Positions 53,093 to 63,065 of a DNA stretch of 64,000 nt are shown piece after piece. The stretch is from the NCBI GenBank assembly GCA_021802105.1, contig JAKAAW010000002.1, positions 993 to 64,992 of the forward strand. The letters are read 5' to 3'. The position numbers and the translations under genes are program-made. The notes beneath the pieces were generated by a model that did no database searches, was not told the DNA's origin, and saw only the letters and a program-made list of their open reading frames with translations. Each line of letters opens with the position of its first letter. Within the stretch, counting starts at the first letter, position 1. Origin of the DNA: Nanobdellota archaeon. Its GTDB lineage: Archaea > Nanobdellota > Nanobdellia > Parvarchaeales > Parvarchaeaceae.

Positions 53093-53116
53093 ATAGTATA
53101 AGCGCCAGCGTGCTAT

Positions 53117-54958
53117 TTAACCATTTTTCTTTACTTCATTATTGTTTGAATTTGTTTTGCGCACACTACTAGACACATTAAAACTTCCACTCGATATCCT
53201 CAGTATTGCTGCCATCAATCCGACGTGAGAAAGGCCCAGCGGATAGTTTCCTAGATACTTTTTTTCGTTCAGGCTGATCTCTTCTGGAAGAAGGTGAAGA
53301 CCGTTGAAGAATGTTAACAGTTTGTTTAAGCCATCCTTTGCCTTTTTTATATCTCCCATAAGGAAAAGGTCCTCTATATACCAGAAGGAAACTAGAAGGA
53401 ATCCATTGTCTGATAAGTCTAAACCCCTATCAGTCTCGTATCTCCTGAAAAGGAAATCAGTTACTAGAAGTCGCTCCTCTATTCTCTTTATAGTGTTCAT
53501 AAAGATAGGGTCCTTAATATCACAGAATCCTATCATTGGGAGCCTGAGCAGCGCGGTGTCTACCCTGTCGCTTCCAAAATACTGTACATAGAATTTTCCA
53601 GTGCTGTCAACACCCCTCCGATTTATAGTTTCCTTTATCTTTCCAGCCGTCCGTATTATTTCCTCAAGTTCTTCCTTAGTAGATGCGTCAGCCAGAAGTA
53701 CAGCCGCGTTGTTTAATGCTTCCCACGCTATCACCTTGGAGTAAACATAGTGCCTGTCTTCTTCTCTTATCTCCCATATGGATCTATCCGGCTCATCCCA
53801 CTTCTCGATTAGTTTTTTCGCAGTTGTCTTTACAAGATCAAGTATCTCAGAGGTCAATACCGCTCCGTAATTGTGCGCAACACTCACAGCATTTATTAGA
53901 GAACCATACTGGTCCAGTTGGAACTGATCAGATGCGGCGTTTCCAAACCTAACCGGCTTTGACCCATTGTATCCGTTCAGATCAGTCTCTCTTTCGACTA
54001 TAGCCTCTGGATTAGATATAGGGTATACGGATTTTATGTCGCCGTTATCCCTCTGTATCTGGCTTATCAGACTATAAAAGAACCTAAGCGCCTCATCGGT
54101 GTATCCAAAAGATGAAAGAATGTCTATGACGTAGGATGTGTCCCTAACCCACATAAACCTATAATCCCAGTTGCTTTCTCCACCCGTCACTTCCGGCAGC
54201 GATGCGGTTGGGGAGGCTGCCATAAAATAAGTAGGCTCAAAAAAGAGCCCTTTCAAAACCAGAAGGGAGCGATCCACAATTTCCTCAAAAGGACCGGAGT
54301 ATTTTCCTTTATACAGCCATTCTTTCCAGAACGAGATTGTCTCCGAGAGCCTATTCTCGCTGTCGAAGCTCTTTAAATCGTGGCTTTCATTAACGCTATT
54401 AGAGCTTACAAACCACTTCACTTCACTCTTAGCCATGCGGAACGTACCGGAGACTCCTTTATTGTCCTTCTCTAATTTTAGATTGGTTGAAAGAGTCTGC
54501 GTCATGTCATGCGATCTAATCAGATAACCTCTATCTGGAAATTCTTGTATTTCTCTGTCTTGACTAAGGTTAAAAGGATTAAATGTTATTTTCACGAGCA
54601 GGTCGTTCTGGAATGACTCTATGCGCCTATGGATATCTGATGCAGTTGCCCCTGGCTGGCCTAACATCGGAAGAAAATCAACCAGGTTCATGGCAAGTTC
54701 TCCATTGTAGAAGAAGCTAGTGACCAAAACGTTTGTCTTATCTTCATACGCCTGAGACGAAGTATAACCTTCAACCGCCGGTTCTATTGTGAATTTCCCG
54801 CCTATATCCCTGTCCAAAATGGAAAAGAACACCGGGTCAGAATCGAAATTGGGGAAGCAGCCCCAGTCTATTTCACCGAATTTGGAAACTAGAGAAGCGG
54901 TTCTGTTATTAAACAACACACCATGATCTTCTATCTTTGGAAAATCCGATACTACCAT
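53117..54958 (-). CDS. GH15 glycoside hydrolase (glucoamylase/trehalase family)
   Basis: NWDYRFMWVRDTSYV (GH15 catalytic-domain motif), an N-terminal beta-sandwich plus an (alpha/alpha)6 domain of the right size. Confidence 0.8.
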   Translation of the reverse strand: MVVSDFPKIEDHGVLFNNRTASLVSKFGEIDWGCFPNFDSDPVFFSILDRDIGGKFTIEPAVEGYTSSQAYEDKTNVLVTSFFYNGELAMNLVDFLPMLGQPGATASDIHRRIESFQNDLLVKITFNPFNLSQDREIQEFPDRGYLIRSHDMTQTLSTNLKLEKDNKGVSGTFRMAKSEVKWFVSSNSVNESHDLKSFDSENRLSETISFWKEWLYKGKYSGPFEEIVDRSLLVLKGLFFEPTYFMAASPTASLPEVTGGESNWDYRFMWVRDTSYVIDILSSFGYTDEALRFFYSLISQIQRDNGDIKSVYPISNPEAIVERETDLNGYNGSKPVRFGNAASDQFQLDQYGSLINAVSVAHNYGAVLTSEILDLVKTTAKKLIEKWDEPDRSIWEIREEDRHYVYSKVIAWEALNNAAVLLADASTKEELEEIIRTAGKIKETINRRGVDSTGKFYVQYFGSDRVDTALLRLPMIGFCDIKDPIFMNTIKRIEERLLVTDFLFRRYETDRGLDLSDNGFLLVSFWYIEDLFLMGDIKKAKDGLNKLLTFFNGLHLLPEEISLNEKKYLGNYPLGLSHVGLMAAILRISSGSFNVSSSVRKTNSNNNEVKKNG

Positions 54959-55076
54959 AACAAATATAGAGCGTAAAAGTTAAAAAACGTATCTACAAAC
55001 GAACAGTTTGTATCCTAACTGACAAGTTTTTGTCTGCGCCGATGATTTTTATATAATGCTTGATTATTGTTATCAT

Positions 55077-55217
55077 ATGGAAAAAGATATAGTCTGTGGA
55101 ATGGAAGTTGATGAAGGTTCGGATTGCAATAGTCTAGTTAATGGAAGGATATTCTATTTCTGCTCAGAAGAATGCAAGAATAAATTCGACAAAAATCCAA
55201 TAAAATACATTAGATAA
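55077..55217 (+). CDS. Small TRASH/YHS-domain metal-binding protein (46 aa, below the ORF-track cutoff)
   Basis: My translation is MEKDIVCGMEVDEGSDCNSLVNGRIFYFCSEECKNKFDKNPIKYIR (CGM...FCSxxC). Its TAA overlaps the ATG of the ATPase gene (TAATG). Confidence 0.7.
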   Translation: MEKDIVCGMEVDEGSDCNSLVNGRIFYFCSEECKNKFDKNPIKYIR

Positions 55218-57262
55218 TGCCAACAGATCCTGTATGCGGAATGTACGTTCCGCAGAGTTCGAAGATAACAACTGAACAGGGTGGACAGAGGTATTATTTC
55301 TGCTCTACGACCTGCAGTGTAAAATTCCAAAAACCAGAACAAGAGAGCAGGCGCGAGAAGAAAGCCCTGGCAATTGCGTGGGTATTTTCTATACCCCTTA
55401 TCGTGATAAACTACAGTTTCTTTTTCGCATACAGGAATTATGCGATGCTCGCTCTCGCGCTGCCAGTGCAATTCTATTCTGGGTTACTTTTCTACAAAGG
55501 CGCTTACCAGTCGCTAAAGATGAGATCCGGTAATATGGATCTCCTAATAAGCGTAGGGACACTGACCGCTTTCTTTTTCTCACTATTTATAACCCTGTAC
55601 CCTTCTGTTATGCAAGGGTCACCGGTGTATTTCGATGCGTCAGTGTCTATAATATCACTTATACTGACTGGGAATTACATTCAGAGCGTTACAGAGATTA
55701 GGGCCAACGACGCGGCAAACAAACTATTGAATAGGATTCCTTCGAGAGCCCATCTTATAATCGGCGGAAAAGTCAGGGACGTAGAAACGTCAACTTTGAA
55801 GAAAGGAGATATAATAATGATAAAACCGGGTGAAAATATACCAGTCGATGGTACTGTCATCAGTGGAAAAACGGAAATCGATGAGTCTATGCTTACAGGA
55901 GAAGCTGAACCAGTGGTAAAGATAAATGGGGCACTCGTGACTTCAGGGACATTAAACATAAACGGCGCGATAAATGTCAGAGTAGTAAACACCGGTAGGG
56001 ACACTATTGTAAACAAGATGTACTCTCTTATAAAGAGTGCCGCTGCGGGAAAGCTAAGAGTACAGAGACTCGCAGATTTGTTCGCGTCATACTTCGTTCC
56101 GATAGTTATAATAGCTGCTGTTGCTTCTGCCCTTATATGGTACACTCTGCTGAGTTCGACCGGCAACGCACTCGTGTACGATGTGACCGTGCTTGCGTTC
56201 GTTTCTGTCATAGTGATAGCGTGTCCGTGTGCGATAGGGCTTGCCACGCCGATAACGTTGCTGATTGCGTCTAATGTATCTTCTGAACGATCCATACTTA
56301 TGAAAAACGTTAGCGGTCTCGACAGACTGTCTAAGATAGACATTGTTGTGTTTGATAAGACAGGTACTCTTACCGAATTAGTACCAAATGTCATAGAAAT
56401 AGTCCCTATAAACAGGTCTTATAATAACAAATTTGTCCTGAGCTATGCCTCTTCGCTGGAACAGTACTCAAATCACCCTATCGCCAAAGCTATTATGGAG
56501 TATGCAAAGACTGGAAAGATAAATCTACTGGACGTGGTAGATGCAAAAGAAAAACCCGGCATAGGCGTGTCCGGAATGATAAACGGAGAGCTCGTTGAGA
56601 TAAGCAGGGGTTCCGACAAAAACACGGTAAACTTATACATCAACAGGGCACTTTTCGGTGTGATAACGCTGTCATATGGAATAAAGAGGAATGCAGCAGA
56701 GGTAGTAAGGAGATTTAAATCCGCAGGAATAAAAACTGCCATAATAACAGGAGATAAGTATGAGGAGGCAAAGCGTATAGGTGACGCAATAGGCGTAACT
56801 GATATACATGCAGAAGTCACTCCAGAAAAGAAGGCAGATATAATAAAAGACTACCAGAAGAAGGGGAGATATGTAATGTACGTCGGAGACGGCATCAATG
56901 ATGCGATAGCGATAGAGACCGCCGATTTCGGCGTTGCTATGGGAAGTGGGAGTGATATAGCAAAAGAGAGCGGTGACGCAGTGCTTCTTAAAAATGATCT
57001 TATGCTGCTCTATGATCTTTATATCATAGGAAAATCAGCAATATCTAAGGTTAAGCAGAATATAGGCTGGGCTGTCGGCTATAACATTGTCCTTATACCC
57101 GTAGCAGGAGGAGCGCTTGTACCTGTTTTTGGCCTTGGGATATACTCATTTCTTCCTATACTCGCAGCGGCAGCAATGGGCATGAGTTCGGTCAGTGTGG
57201 TGGCGAATTCTCTGCTCTTGAAAAGCAAAGTAAGCAAAAATTTGTCAAGATTTAACAGCTAA
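55217..57262 (+). CDS. copA: Copper-translocating P1B-type ATPase with an N-terminal TRASH domain
   Basis: N-terminal DPVCGMYV...YYFCSTTCSVKF, TGE, CPC (IACPCAIGLATP), DKTGTLT, GDGINDA. Confidence 0.9.
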   Translation: MPTDPVCGMYVPQSSKITTEQGGQRYYFCSTTCSVKFQKPEQESRREKKALAIAWVFSIPLIVINYSFFFAYRNYAMLALALPVQFYSGLLFYKGAYQSLKMRSGNMDLLISVGTLTAFFFSLFITLYPSVMQGSPVYFDASVSIISLILTGNYIQSVTEIRANDAANKLLNRIPSRAHLIIGGKVRDVETSTLKKGDIIMIKPGENIPVDGTVISGKTEIDESMLTGEAEPVVKINGALVTSGTLNINGAINVRVVNTGRDTIVNKMYSLIKSAAAGKLRVQRLADLFASYFVPIVIIAAVASALIWYTLLSSTGNALVYDVTVLAFVSVIVIACPCAIGLATPITLLIASNVSSERSILMKNVSGLDRLSKIDIVVFDKTGTLTELVPNVIEIVPINRSYNNKFVLSYASSLEQYSNHPIAKAIMEYAKTGKINLLDVVDAKEKPGIGVSGMINGELVEISRGSDKNTVNLYINRALFGVITLSYGIKRNAAEVVRRFKSAGIKTAIITGDKYEEAKRIGDAIGVTDIHAEVTPEKKADIIKDYQKKGRYVMYVGDGINDAIAIETADFGVAMGSGSDIAKESGDAVLLKNDLMLLYDLYIIGKSAISKVKQNIGWAVGYNIVLIPVAGGALVPVFGLGIYSFLPILAAAAMGMSSVSVVANSLLLKSKVSKNLSRFNS

Positions 57263-57268
57263 TTGGAT

Positions 57269-57904
57269 TCAATTGTTTATCGCGGCTATCTTAATCTCAA
57301 AATTCAACGTGTCGCCTACAAGGGGAGAGTTGAAGTTTATGGAAACTTTTGTGTAATTTCCCCATACTGTGCTATTTGTTCCGTTAACAACAACACTTGG
57401 ATTCAACTTTCCTGTGATATTCGTTCCATTTATCGCCATTATGACACCGTGTGAAATACCGTTGTATACCTGCTCTCCATCATGGATAGATTCATTTCTG
57501 AATACAGATGCATTGACTGTGAGGACAAGTGATGAATTGAAGTATCCGTACGCCTCACTCGGAGATAAAGTCACGTTCTTTATCTGGCCGACTTTCATCC
57601 CTATAACTGCTCGGCTAAACCCTGGAATCATCTGATTCGAGCCTGCTATGAAGCTGAATGGAGTACTGCCCATGTTTGAACCGAAAACAGTACCGTTTGC
57701 GAAACTCCCTGTGTAGTATACGCTCACATTGTCACCAGCAGCTATGACAGGTGAAGATCCGCTTAAATAAGGCAGGACAAAGAATACTGCAGCAATTACC
57801 GCGGCCACTGCGATCGTAGCGATGCCGTAAATGATCTTGAACCCGAAAGTTTTCTTCTCTTCTCTAGGCTCTGAAGGTTCTAATTGCTTTGTCTTCTCTT
57901 CCAT
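57269..57904 (-). CDS. Membrane-anchored (extracytoplasmic) FKBP-type PPIase
   Basis: N-terminal TM helix IIYGIATIAVAAVIAAVFFVL, then VSVYYTGSFANGTVFGSN, IPGFSRAVIGMKVGQ, NSPLVGDTLNFEIKI. Confidence 0.65.
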   Translation of the reverse strand: MEEKTKQLEPSEPREEKKTFGFKIIYGIATIAVAAVIAAVFFVLPYLSGSSPVIAAGDNVSVYYTGSFANGTVFGSNMGSTPFSFIAGSNQMIPGFSRAVIGMKVGQIKNVTLSPSEAYGYFNSSLVLTVNASVFRNESIHDGEQVYNGISHGVIMAINGTNITGKLNPSVVVNGTNSTVWGNYTKVSINFNSPLVGDTLNFEIKIAAINN

Positions 57905-57969
57905 ATTTAGTTATTTATTCCAGAAATAAGCCATTATAGTATATTAAACTTTCTATCCGTCTAAATCGG

Positions 57970-59304
57970 TTAGATCATGCCTTTAGAAGAGGGGAGATCT
58001 TTCCGTATCGCTGCAAAGTTTACCCTACAGTCTAGCTGTTCTTTCACGTAAAGGAGGTCATTTAGCGCGTTATTCAGGCATGAGGAGGCTCCAGGAGACG
58101 GCGTTATATTGAACAGTATATTGGAACCCTCAACTCTAGCCTCTCCCATTATCAGTCTCTTCTTCTTTTCGTCTATTATTTGCGGTCTTATACCCCCTGC
58201 TTGCGTGTCTCGCGTCAAATCCGATGCTTTAAGCAAGGGGACTATCTTTCTCACTTCCTTCTCTGCAAACTCGTCTCTGCCTATAATGGGGAATTTGTAT
58301 AGTAGGTTCTTAGAGAGTATGCGCTGTATGTCCCTATGAAACAAAAGATGGAATAGACTCTCGAAAGTGCCAATGTCGAAATCGAAAGATTTCATGTATG
58401 GTATGAATGAACCAAGCTTGCCTTTCTCAAGAAAAGGGTAGATATCTACAGTCGGGCCGAATCTGCTCCTGCTAGGATAATTTATATCAGGATCCCCGTG
58501 TATCGCGGCGAAAGGTATATCCCCCATCTGGATTCTGTAGACCTTACCGTTGAGAACCTTGGGTGAGTGATAAAATCCACCCCCTACTGACAGGATTGAC
58601 ATTTCTCCCGCGTAGCCCATAGACTTAGCAAACATAAGGCTATACGCACCAGCCGCGAATATCACCATTCGCGCGCTTATCTCACCATGTGCAGTATAAA
58701 GGATATAAGAGCCTCCTTTCCTTTTTATCTTTTTTACTTCAGTATTGAATCGTATTTTTACGGCATCTCTTTTCGATAGATTTATGAATGAACGTGCCAA
58801 GCCCCCAAAGTTGACCATATATCCTTCAGGAGAACGGATGGCCTTTATATTTTCATCAGGATCTCTCCCTTTGACAACGTTAGGCTCGTAAATGGCTATC
58901 TCATTTTTGTCTATGAGCTTGAGTTTTGGGAATAGACTCCGTATGCCGGAGTAATATCTCGTCTCTAGTGCTTTGATCTCCTCTTCGCCGACAGCCAGCG
59001 CCATCTTTTCGCAGCCCTGTACTAGTTTTCTTCTAAGCGTCGGTTTTAACCCTGCTACATAATCTAATAGCATGTGAGCGGCTGTGCTTGTCTTCTGCGC
59101 CTTTTTTACGGGATAATTAGTCTCTATATCGCCGAAATGGAGAGTCTGGCTGTTGTTGTGGCTATCCGAGTTCAGTGGTGCCGGTGCACCATATTTTTCC
59201 AGTAACAGTATTCTTCCTACGTTGGAATACTTGCTCAGCATGTAAAGTGCAGAGGTTCCTACGACACCTGCCCCTATTATGACGACATCATATTCATTTT
59301 CCAT
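57970..59304 (-). CDS. FAD-dependent oxidoreductase, malate:quinone oxidoreductase-like
   Basis: YDVVIIGAGVVGTSALYML (FAD fold). SDSHNNSQTLHFGDIETNY resembles the Mqo motif S.WNNAGTGH...ELNY. Confidence 0.55.
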   Translation of the reverse strand: MENEYDVVIIGAGVVGTSALYMLSKYSNVGRILLLEKYGAPAPLNSDSHNNSQTLHFGDIETNYPVKKAQKTSTAAHMLLDYVAGLKPTLRRKLVQGCEKMALAVGEEEIKALETRYYSGIRSLFPKLKLIDKNEIAIYEPNVVKGRDPDENIKAIRSPEGYMVNFGGLARSFINLSKRDAVKIRFNTEVKKIKRKGGSYILYTAHGEISARMVIFAAGAYSLMFAKSMGYAGEMSILSVGGGFYHSPKVLNGKVYRIQMGDIPFAAIHGDPDINYPSRSRFGPTVDIYPFLEKGKLGSFIPYMKSFDFDIGTFESLFHLLFHRDIQRILSKNLLYKFPIIGRDEFAEKEVRKIVPLLKASDLTRDTQAGGIRPQIIDEKKKRLIMGEARVEGSNILFNITPSPGASSCLNNALNDLLYVKEQLDCRVNFAAIRKDLPSSKGMI

Positions 59305-59401
59305 CTACTTAAAGAGATGTCAACAATAAGTTATAAGACTACCCATTGATTCTAGTTCGCATAGAAAATGCAGTTTAATTTAAATTTTAAACTTATCTAT
59401 T

Positions 59402-60184
59402 TTAGGCGTTTGGTCTCCAGCTGCGATCCCTGAGAGGGTCTACAAGTTTCAGCTGTAGATACTCCCTTCCAGAATACAGCCCAAGTTCGCTTCTGCCCGT
59501 GCCGTCAAAGTTTGTCGCCACATTATGCAAAGTATTTCTTATGGATTCCCAATTTTGGTTGTATTTTCCATTCCCAGTAACTACGTGTTCTACTATATTC
59601 AGCACTGTGCCTTTTCTTGTTTGTTCTGTATACATATGCCAGCATAGTGACGTTTCATCTGGAAAGATTATCGCATTAGGGATTATGTACTCCCTACCTG
59701 CTTCCACACGGCTGTCCATGCTGTTCCTGTCCTCTAGATAAAGCTTGTGCAGGAATATTTTATTGCGCTTGTAGTACTCTATCAACCCCTTCTCATCATA
59801 TCTCTTGTCTATGTTATTATCCGTCATGAATCTCTTCATCGTCTGGGTACAGAAACCTATGCTGAGAGGAAGTACAAAGTCAGAAAAGATTTTGGTATCG
59901 TCTCCACGTGAAAACTTATCCACTAATGGGGTCAGTTTCACGTCCAGAAGATAATATGAAGCCTTAGTCGTGGATTTGTATGCGTGGTATCTGTGCATTT
60001 CCCCATCTTTGTTTTCACGGAACATCTTGTCTCCTCCGTACGGTACCTCTGTGCCGTTTTTAGGTCGAAATTCAAGCAGCGTTGCTTCCAAGATGCTGTC
60101 ATCATAACTCATCTTGTTATCCCACAAATCCGATAGATACATGGATGAAAGAATAGAACGCAAGCCCTTCGGATACGTTACCAT
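59402..60184 (-). CDS. Hypothetical protein (260 aa)
   Basis: Clean ORF with no recognised motif. Confidence 0.5.
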   Translation of the reverse strand: MVTYPKGLRSILSSMYLSDLWDNKMSYDDSILEATLLEFRPKNGTEVPYGGDKMFRENKDGEMHRYHAYKSTTKASYYLLDVKLTPLVDKFSRGDDTKIFSDFVLPLSIGFCTQTMKRFMTDNNIDKRYDEKGLIEYYKRNKIFLHKLYLEDRNSMDSRVEAGREYIIPNAIIFPDETSLCWHMYTEQTRKGTVLNIVEHVVTGNGKYNQNWESIRNTLHNVATNFDGTGRSELGLYSGREYLQLKLVDPLRDRSWRPNA

Positions 60185-60269
60185 AATAATTGTATGATTG
60201 GATAAGTTATTTAAACGTTAGCTGAAACATAATGATAAAGTTTATTAACACCGTTATACTATCAGAAGC

Positions 60270-60848
60270 ATGGAAAAAATAAAAATAGTAGGCATAATAG
60301 GCAGTCTAAGAAAACAATCTTACAATAGGATGCTAATGAACGCAGCAATAAAACTCAAACCTGACAACTGCGAGATAGAAATCGCCGATATATCAGAAAT
60401 CCCTCCATACAATCAAGACATCGAGAATTCCGCACCGGAATCTGTCGTTGTGCTCCAGAAGAAAATAAAGGAGGCGGACGCGGTCCTAATATCTACACCA
60501 GAGTACAACTATTCTGTCCCAGGAGTTCTTAAAAACGCGATAGACTGGGCCTCAAGACCGTACGGTTCCGATGCTTTCACAAGCAAAGCAATAGGCATTA
60601 TGAGCGCATCCATAGGACAGATAGGGGGCGCTAGGGCGCAGTACCATCTCAGGCAGTCTTTTGTATATCTGGACGCTTTCACAGTGAACAAACCAGAGGT
60701 TATGCTAAGTTTCGCAAACGAGAAATTTGACGATAAGGGCGAGCTGAAGGACGAAAAAACCAAAGAGCTAATACGATTGTTATTGACTAATATAATCTCC
60801 CTTGCCAGACTTATGGAGAAGAATGAAAAGACCGTTGAAGCTCTTTAG
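60270..60848 (+). CDS. NAD(P)H-dependent FMN reductase (ChrR/SsuE-like)
   Basis: IVGIIGSLRKQSYNRMLMNAA and ISTPEYNYSVPGVLKNAIDWASR. Confidence 0.8.
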   Translation: MEKIKIVGIIGSLRKQSYNRMLMNAAIKLKPDNCEIEIADISEIPPYNQDIENSAPESVVVLQKKIKEADAVLISTPEYNYSVPGVLKNAIDWASRPYGSDAFTSKAIGIMSASIGQIGGARAQYHLRQSFVYLDAFTVNKPEVMLSFANEKFDDKGELKDEKTKELIRLLLTNIISLARLMEKNEKTVEAL

Positions 60849-60886
60849 ACAGTTTATATATATACTGTACACTGCGAGGTTAGTAC

Positions 60887-61222
60887 ATGCTTGATGCCAG
60901 AAAAGGAAAACTTGAAGACCTGATAAGAGAGCTAGGAGCACCGGAGAGATTATCAACAAAGAAGGATGTGGCTATATACAGCACAAAGAAAAGTTTACTC
61001 AGGATCCCTAATAGAGTGTACATAACAGGATACGTAAAGAGCGACTCAAGACCATTGTACTTCCACAGCGTGGCTATAACGTATATCCCTGGAAAAAGGA
61101 CTGCAAACAGGGGAGAATGCAGCTGCGAATCATTCGAATACAGGGGATTCCCGTGCAAACACGCAGTTAAAATGAAGGATGCGTACGTCGCATGGCTTGC
61201 AATCGAGCGAAAAAATCGATAA
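60887..61222 (+). CDS. SWIM zinc-finger domain protein
   Basis: CSCESFEYRGFPCKHAVKM fits CxCx(n)CxH. Confidence 0.6.
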   Translation: MLDARKGKLEDLIRELGAPERLSTKKDVAIYSTKKSLLRIPNRVYITGYVKSDSRPLYFHSVAITYIPGKRTANRGECSCESFEYRGFPCKHAVKMKDAYVAWLAIERKNR

Positions 61223-61405
61223 AACTTTGTATAAAGCGCCATTATCAAAAATAGTTGTTATTTGGTGGGAGCATATCAAAATTTCATAATGGGCTTGAGA
61301 AGGCAGCCAGTTTTGTATGGCTTATCATAGGTGCATGAGGTTATTATGCGCGACAGTTTAGATTTATAAATTGGAAATAACTATGTTATATTAGAGGTGT
61401 AACAT

Positions 61406-61924
61406 ATGTTAAAAAGAATTTTTAGTTTGGCAGATAAAGTATTCGGGGGGAAAGTTGTCTATGCGCACTGTGATATCCCATGCGGGATATATGACCCTCA
61501 CACTGCACAGCTGTCAGCCCATACAGTGATAAGGATGGATGCTCTGATAGAGAAGATGCCGAAGATAGGGCCCTCTCCCAGCAACGATGAATTCAGAAAA
61601 TACATACATGATCTTACGAGATACACTGATGTGAAGGAGGAACACGCGGAGAAGATAAAGAGTGAAGTAAGGATACTTTGGGGTGATTACTTCAAAGACG
61701 ACCATGCCAAACAGTTCCCCGAACTCGAAGGGCTCGTTCTTCAAGCACTTAGACTTGGTTCAAAGGTAAAACAGGAAGTCGATCCAAAATCTGCGCAGGA
61801 ACTCCTCGAGACCATTAACAAGATAGCCGAGATATTCTGGAAGACTAAGGGAATAGAGACAAAGAGGGTAAAGGTCACGTTCTGGCCCACCGATTCAGAT
61901 CTCGTTATTCCAATACTTAACTGA
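61406..61924 (+). CDS. sodN: Nickel-containing superoxide dismutase precursor (SodN)
   Basis: A 20-aa leader is followed by HCDIPCGIYDP (the Ni-hook HCDLPCGVYDP). ILWGDYFKDDHAKQFPELEGLV and IAEIFWKTK match Streptomyces SodN blocks. GAGGTG lies upstream of the ATG. Confidence 0.9.
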   Translation: MLKRIFSLADKVFGGKVVYAHCDIPCGIYDPHTAQLSAHTVIRMDALIEKMPKIGPSPSNDEFRKYIHDLTRYTDVKEEHAEKIKSEVRILWGDYFKDDHAKQFPELEGLVLQALRLGSKVKQEVDPKSAQELLETINKIAEIFWKTKGIETKRVKVTFWPTDSDLVIPILN

Positions 61925-62217
61925 TGGTTTTTTTCCTGAAGAGATTCAGGGTGTCTGAAGAAAGCATGTTGCCCGGGATAAAGCCCGGTGATTACATCAT
62001 CGTAGACACTCTGCGCTATAAGCTTAGGTCCCCTAAGAATGGTGATATAATAGTCTTCAGGCACGATGGAATGGAGATGGTTAAAAGAATTTCCGCAAAC
62101 GATGGTGGCTCTTATACCGTACTCGGAGACAACCTAAACAAGAGCGTTGACAGCAGGAGATTCGGACCGATAAAAAAAAGGGATGTGGTAGGCAAAGTTA
62201 TCTGGATAGCTAAGTGA
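61924..62217 (+). CDS. sodX: S26-family signal-peptidase-like NiSOD maturation protease (SodX)
   Basis: SMLPGIKPGD (catalytic Ser box), VKRI (Lys box), GDNLNKSVDSRRFGP. A TGATG overlap links it to sodN. Confidence 0.75.
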   Translation: MVFFLKRFRVSEESMLPGIKPGDYIIVDTLRYKLRSPKNGDIIVFRHDGMEMVKRISANDGGSYTVLGDNLNKSVDSRRFGPIKKRDVVGKVIWIAK

Positions 62218-62259
62218 TAACGCCACAAAAATAAATATAAGGTCCTCCAATACTATTGT

Positions 62260-62460
62260 ATGACTGAGATAGGAAAAATCGTTGAGTTCGTCAGCACCTC
62301 CAAGGTAAGCTTTGAGGACGCTGTTAAGAAAGCCGTCGAGGACCTCTCTAAGAAAGAGTCGGACGTTAGAGGCTTCAAAATAAAGAATGTCAGCGTGCAG
62401 ACCAAGAACGGAAAGATAGTAGGATGGCGCGTAAACCTTAAGGGTTCGGCCAGCGTTTAA
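62260..62460 (+). CDS. Dodecin-family (flavin-binding) protein
   Basis: 66 aa. KIVEFVSTSKVSFEDAVKKAVEDLSK...VRGFKIKNVSVQTKNGKIVGWRVNLK parallels the dodecin pattern. Confidence 0.65.
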   Translation: MTEIGKIVEFVSTSKVSFEDAVKKAVEDLSKKESDVRGFKIKNVSVQTKNGKIVGWRVNLKGSASV

Positions 62461-62518
62461 CGCTAGACAAATGCAGCGGATTAACGTTTAGTTCACTTAG
62501 TCGTCTCTCTCGACTGCT

Positions 62519-63028
62519 TCAGTACAGTTCCCTTATGCCCGTGGATTCGAGTATGTTTGTGTAGTCAAGGAACACCTGTTTATTGATGCTCTTTCCAAGA
62601 TTTCTCAGAAGCATGAAGAGATATTTTTTTTCGTATGTGTACAGTTTTATGTACGGTCTTGACATAAAGCCTCCTCTTTTTAGCTTTATTCTTCTGATCT
62701 GAGAGTATGGGAGAGCAAAACTACCTTTATGCGTACTGAGTATAGTGATTGGGTCTACACTTAGCAGGCGGTGTGATTCGTCAGCGACATTCTTTACCAT
62801 ATTCTTGAATCTGAATCTTGGATCCGGTAAATGACCTATTCCGTCGATTCCATCTATGACAGCCAATCTTAAAAGTGATTCTGATTCAGCTGCGAGCAAC
62901 GTCGCAATGACCCTCTCCGATGTGAAAACAAGAGAATAGACTGGCTTGTTTTCTTCAGCCGGAAACTGCGCATTGTCTATGACGCCCAGAATCTTTTCAG
63001 GTTCAATCTCTTCTTGCATAATACACAA
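62519..63028 (-). CDS. Hypothetical protein (about 166 aa)
   Basis: Clean ORF with no recognised motif. Confidence 0.45.
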   Translation of the reverse strand: MCIMQEEIEPEKILGVIDNAQFPAEENKPVYSLVFTSERVIATLLAAESESLLRLAVIDGIDGIGHLPDPRFRFKNMVKNVADESHRLLSVDPITILSTHKGSFALPYSQIRRIKLKRGGFMSRPYIKLYTYEKKYLFMLLRNLGKSINKQVFLDYTNILESTGIRELY

Positions 63029-63065
63029 GATCTAAAGCGTTTTTGATAAATAAATTTTTACACGC

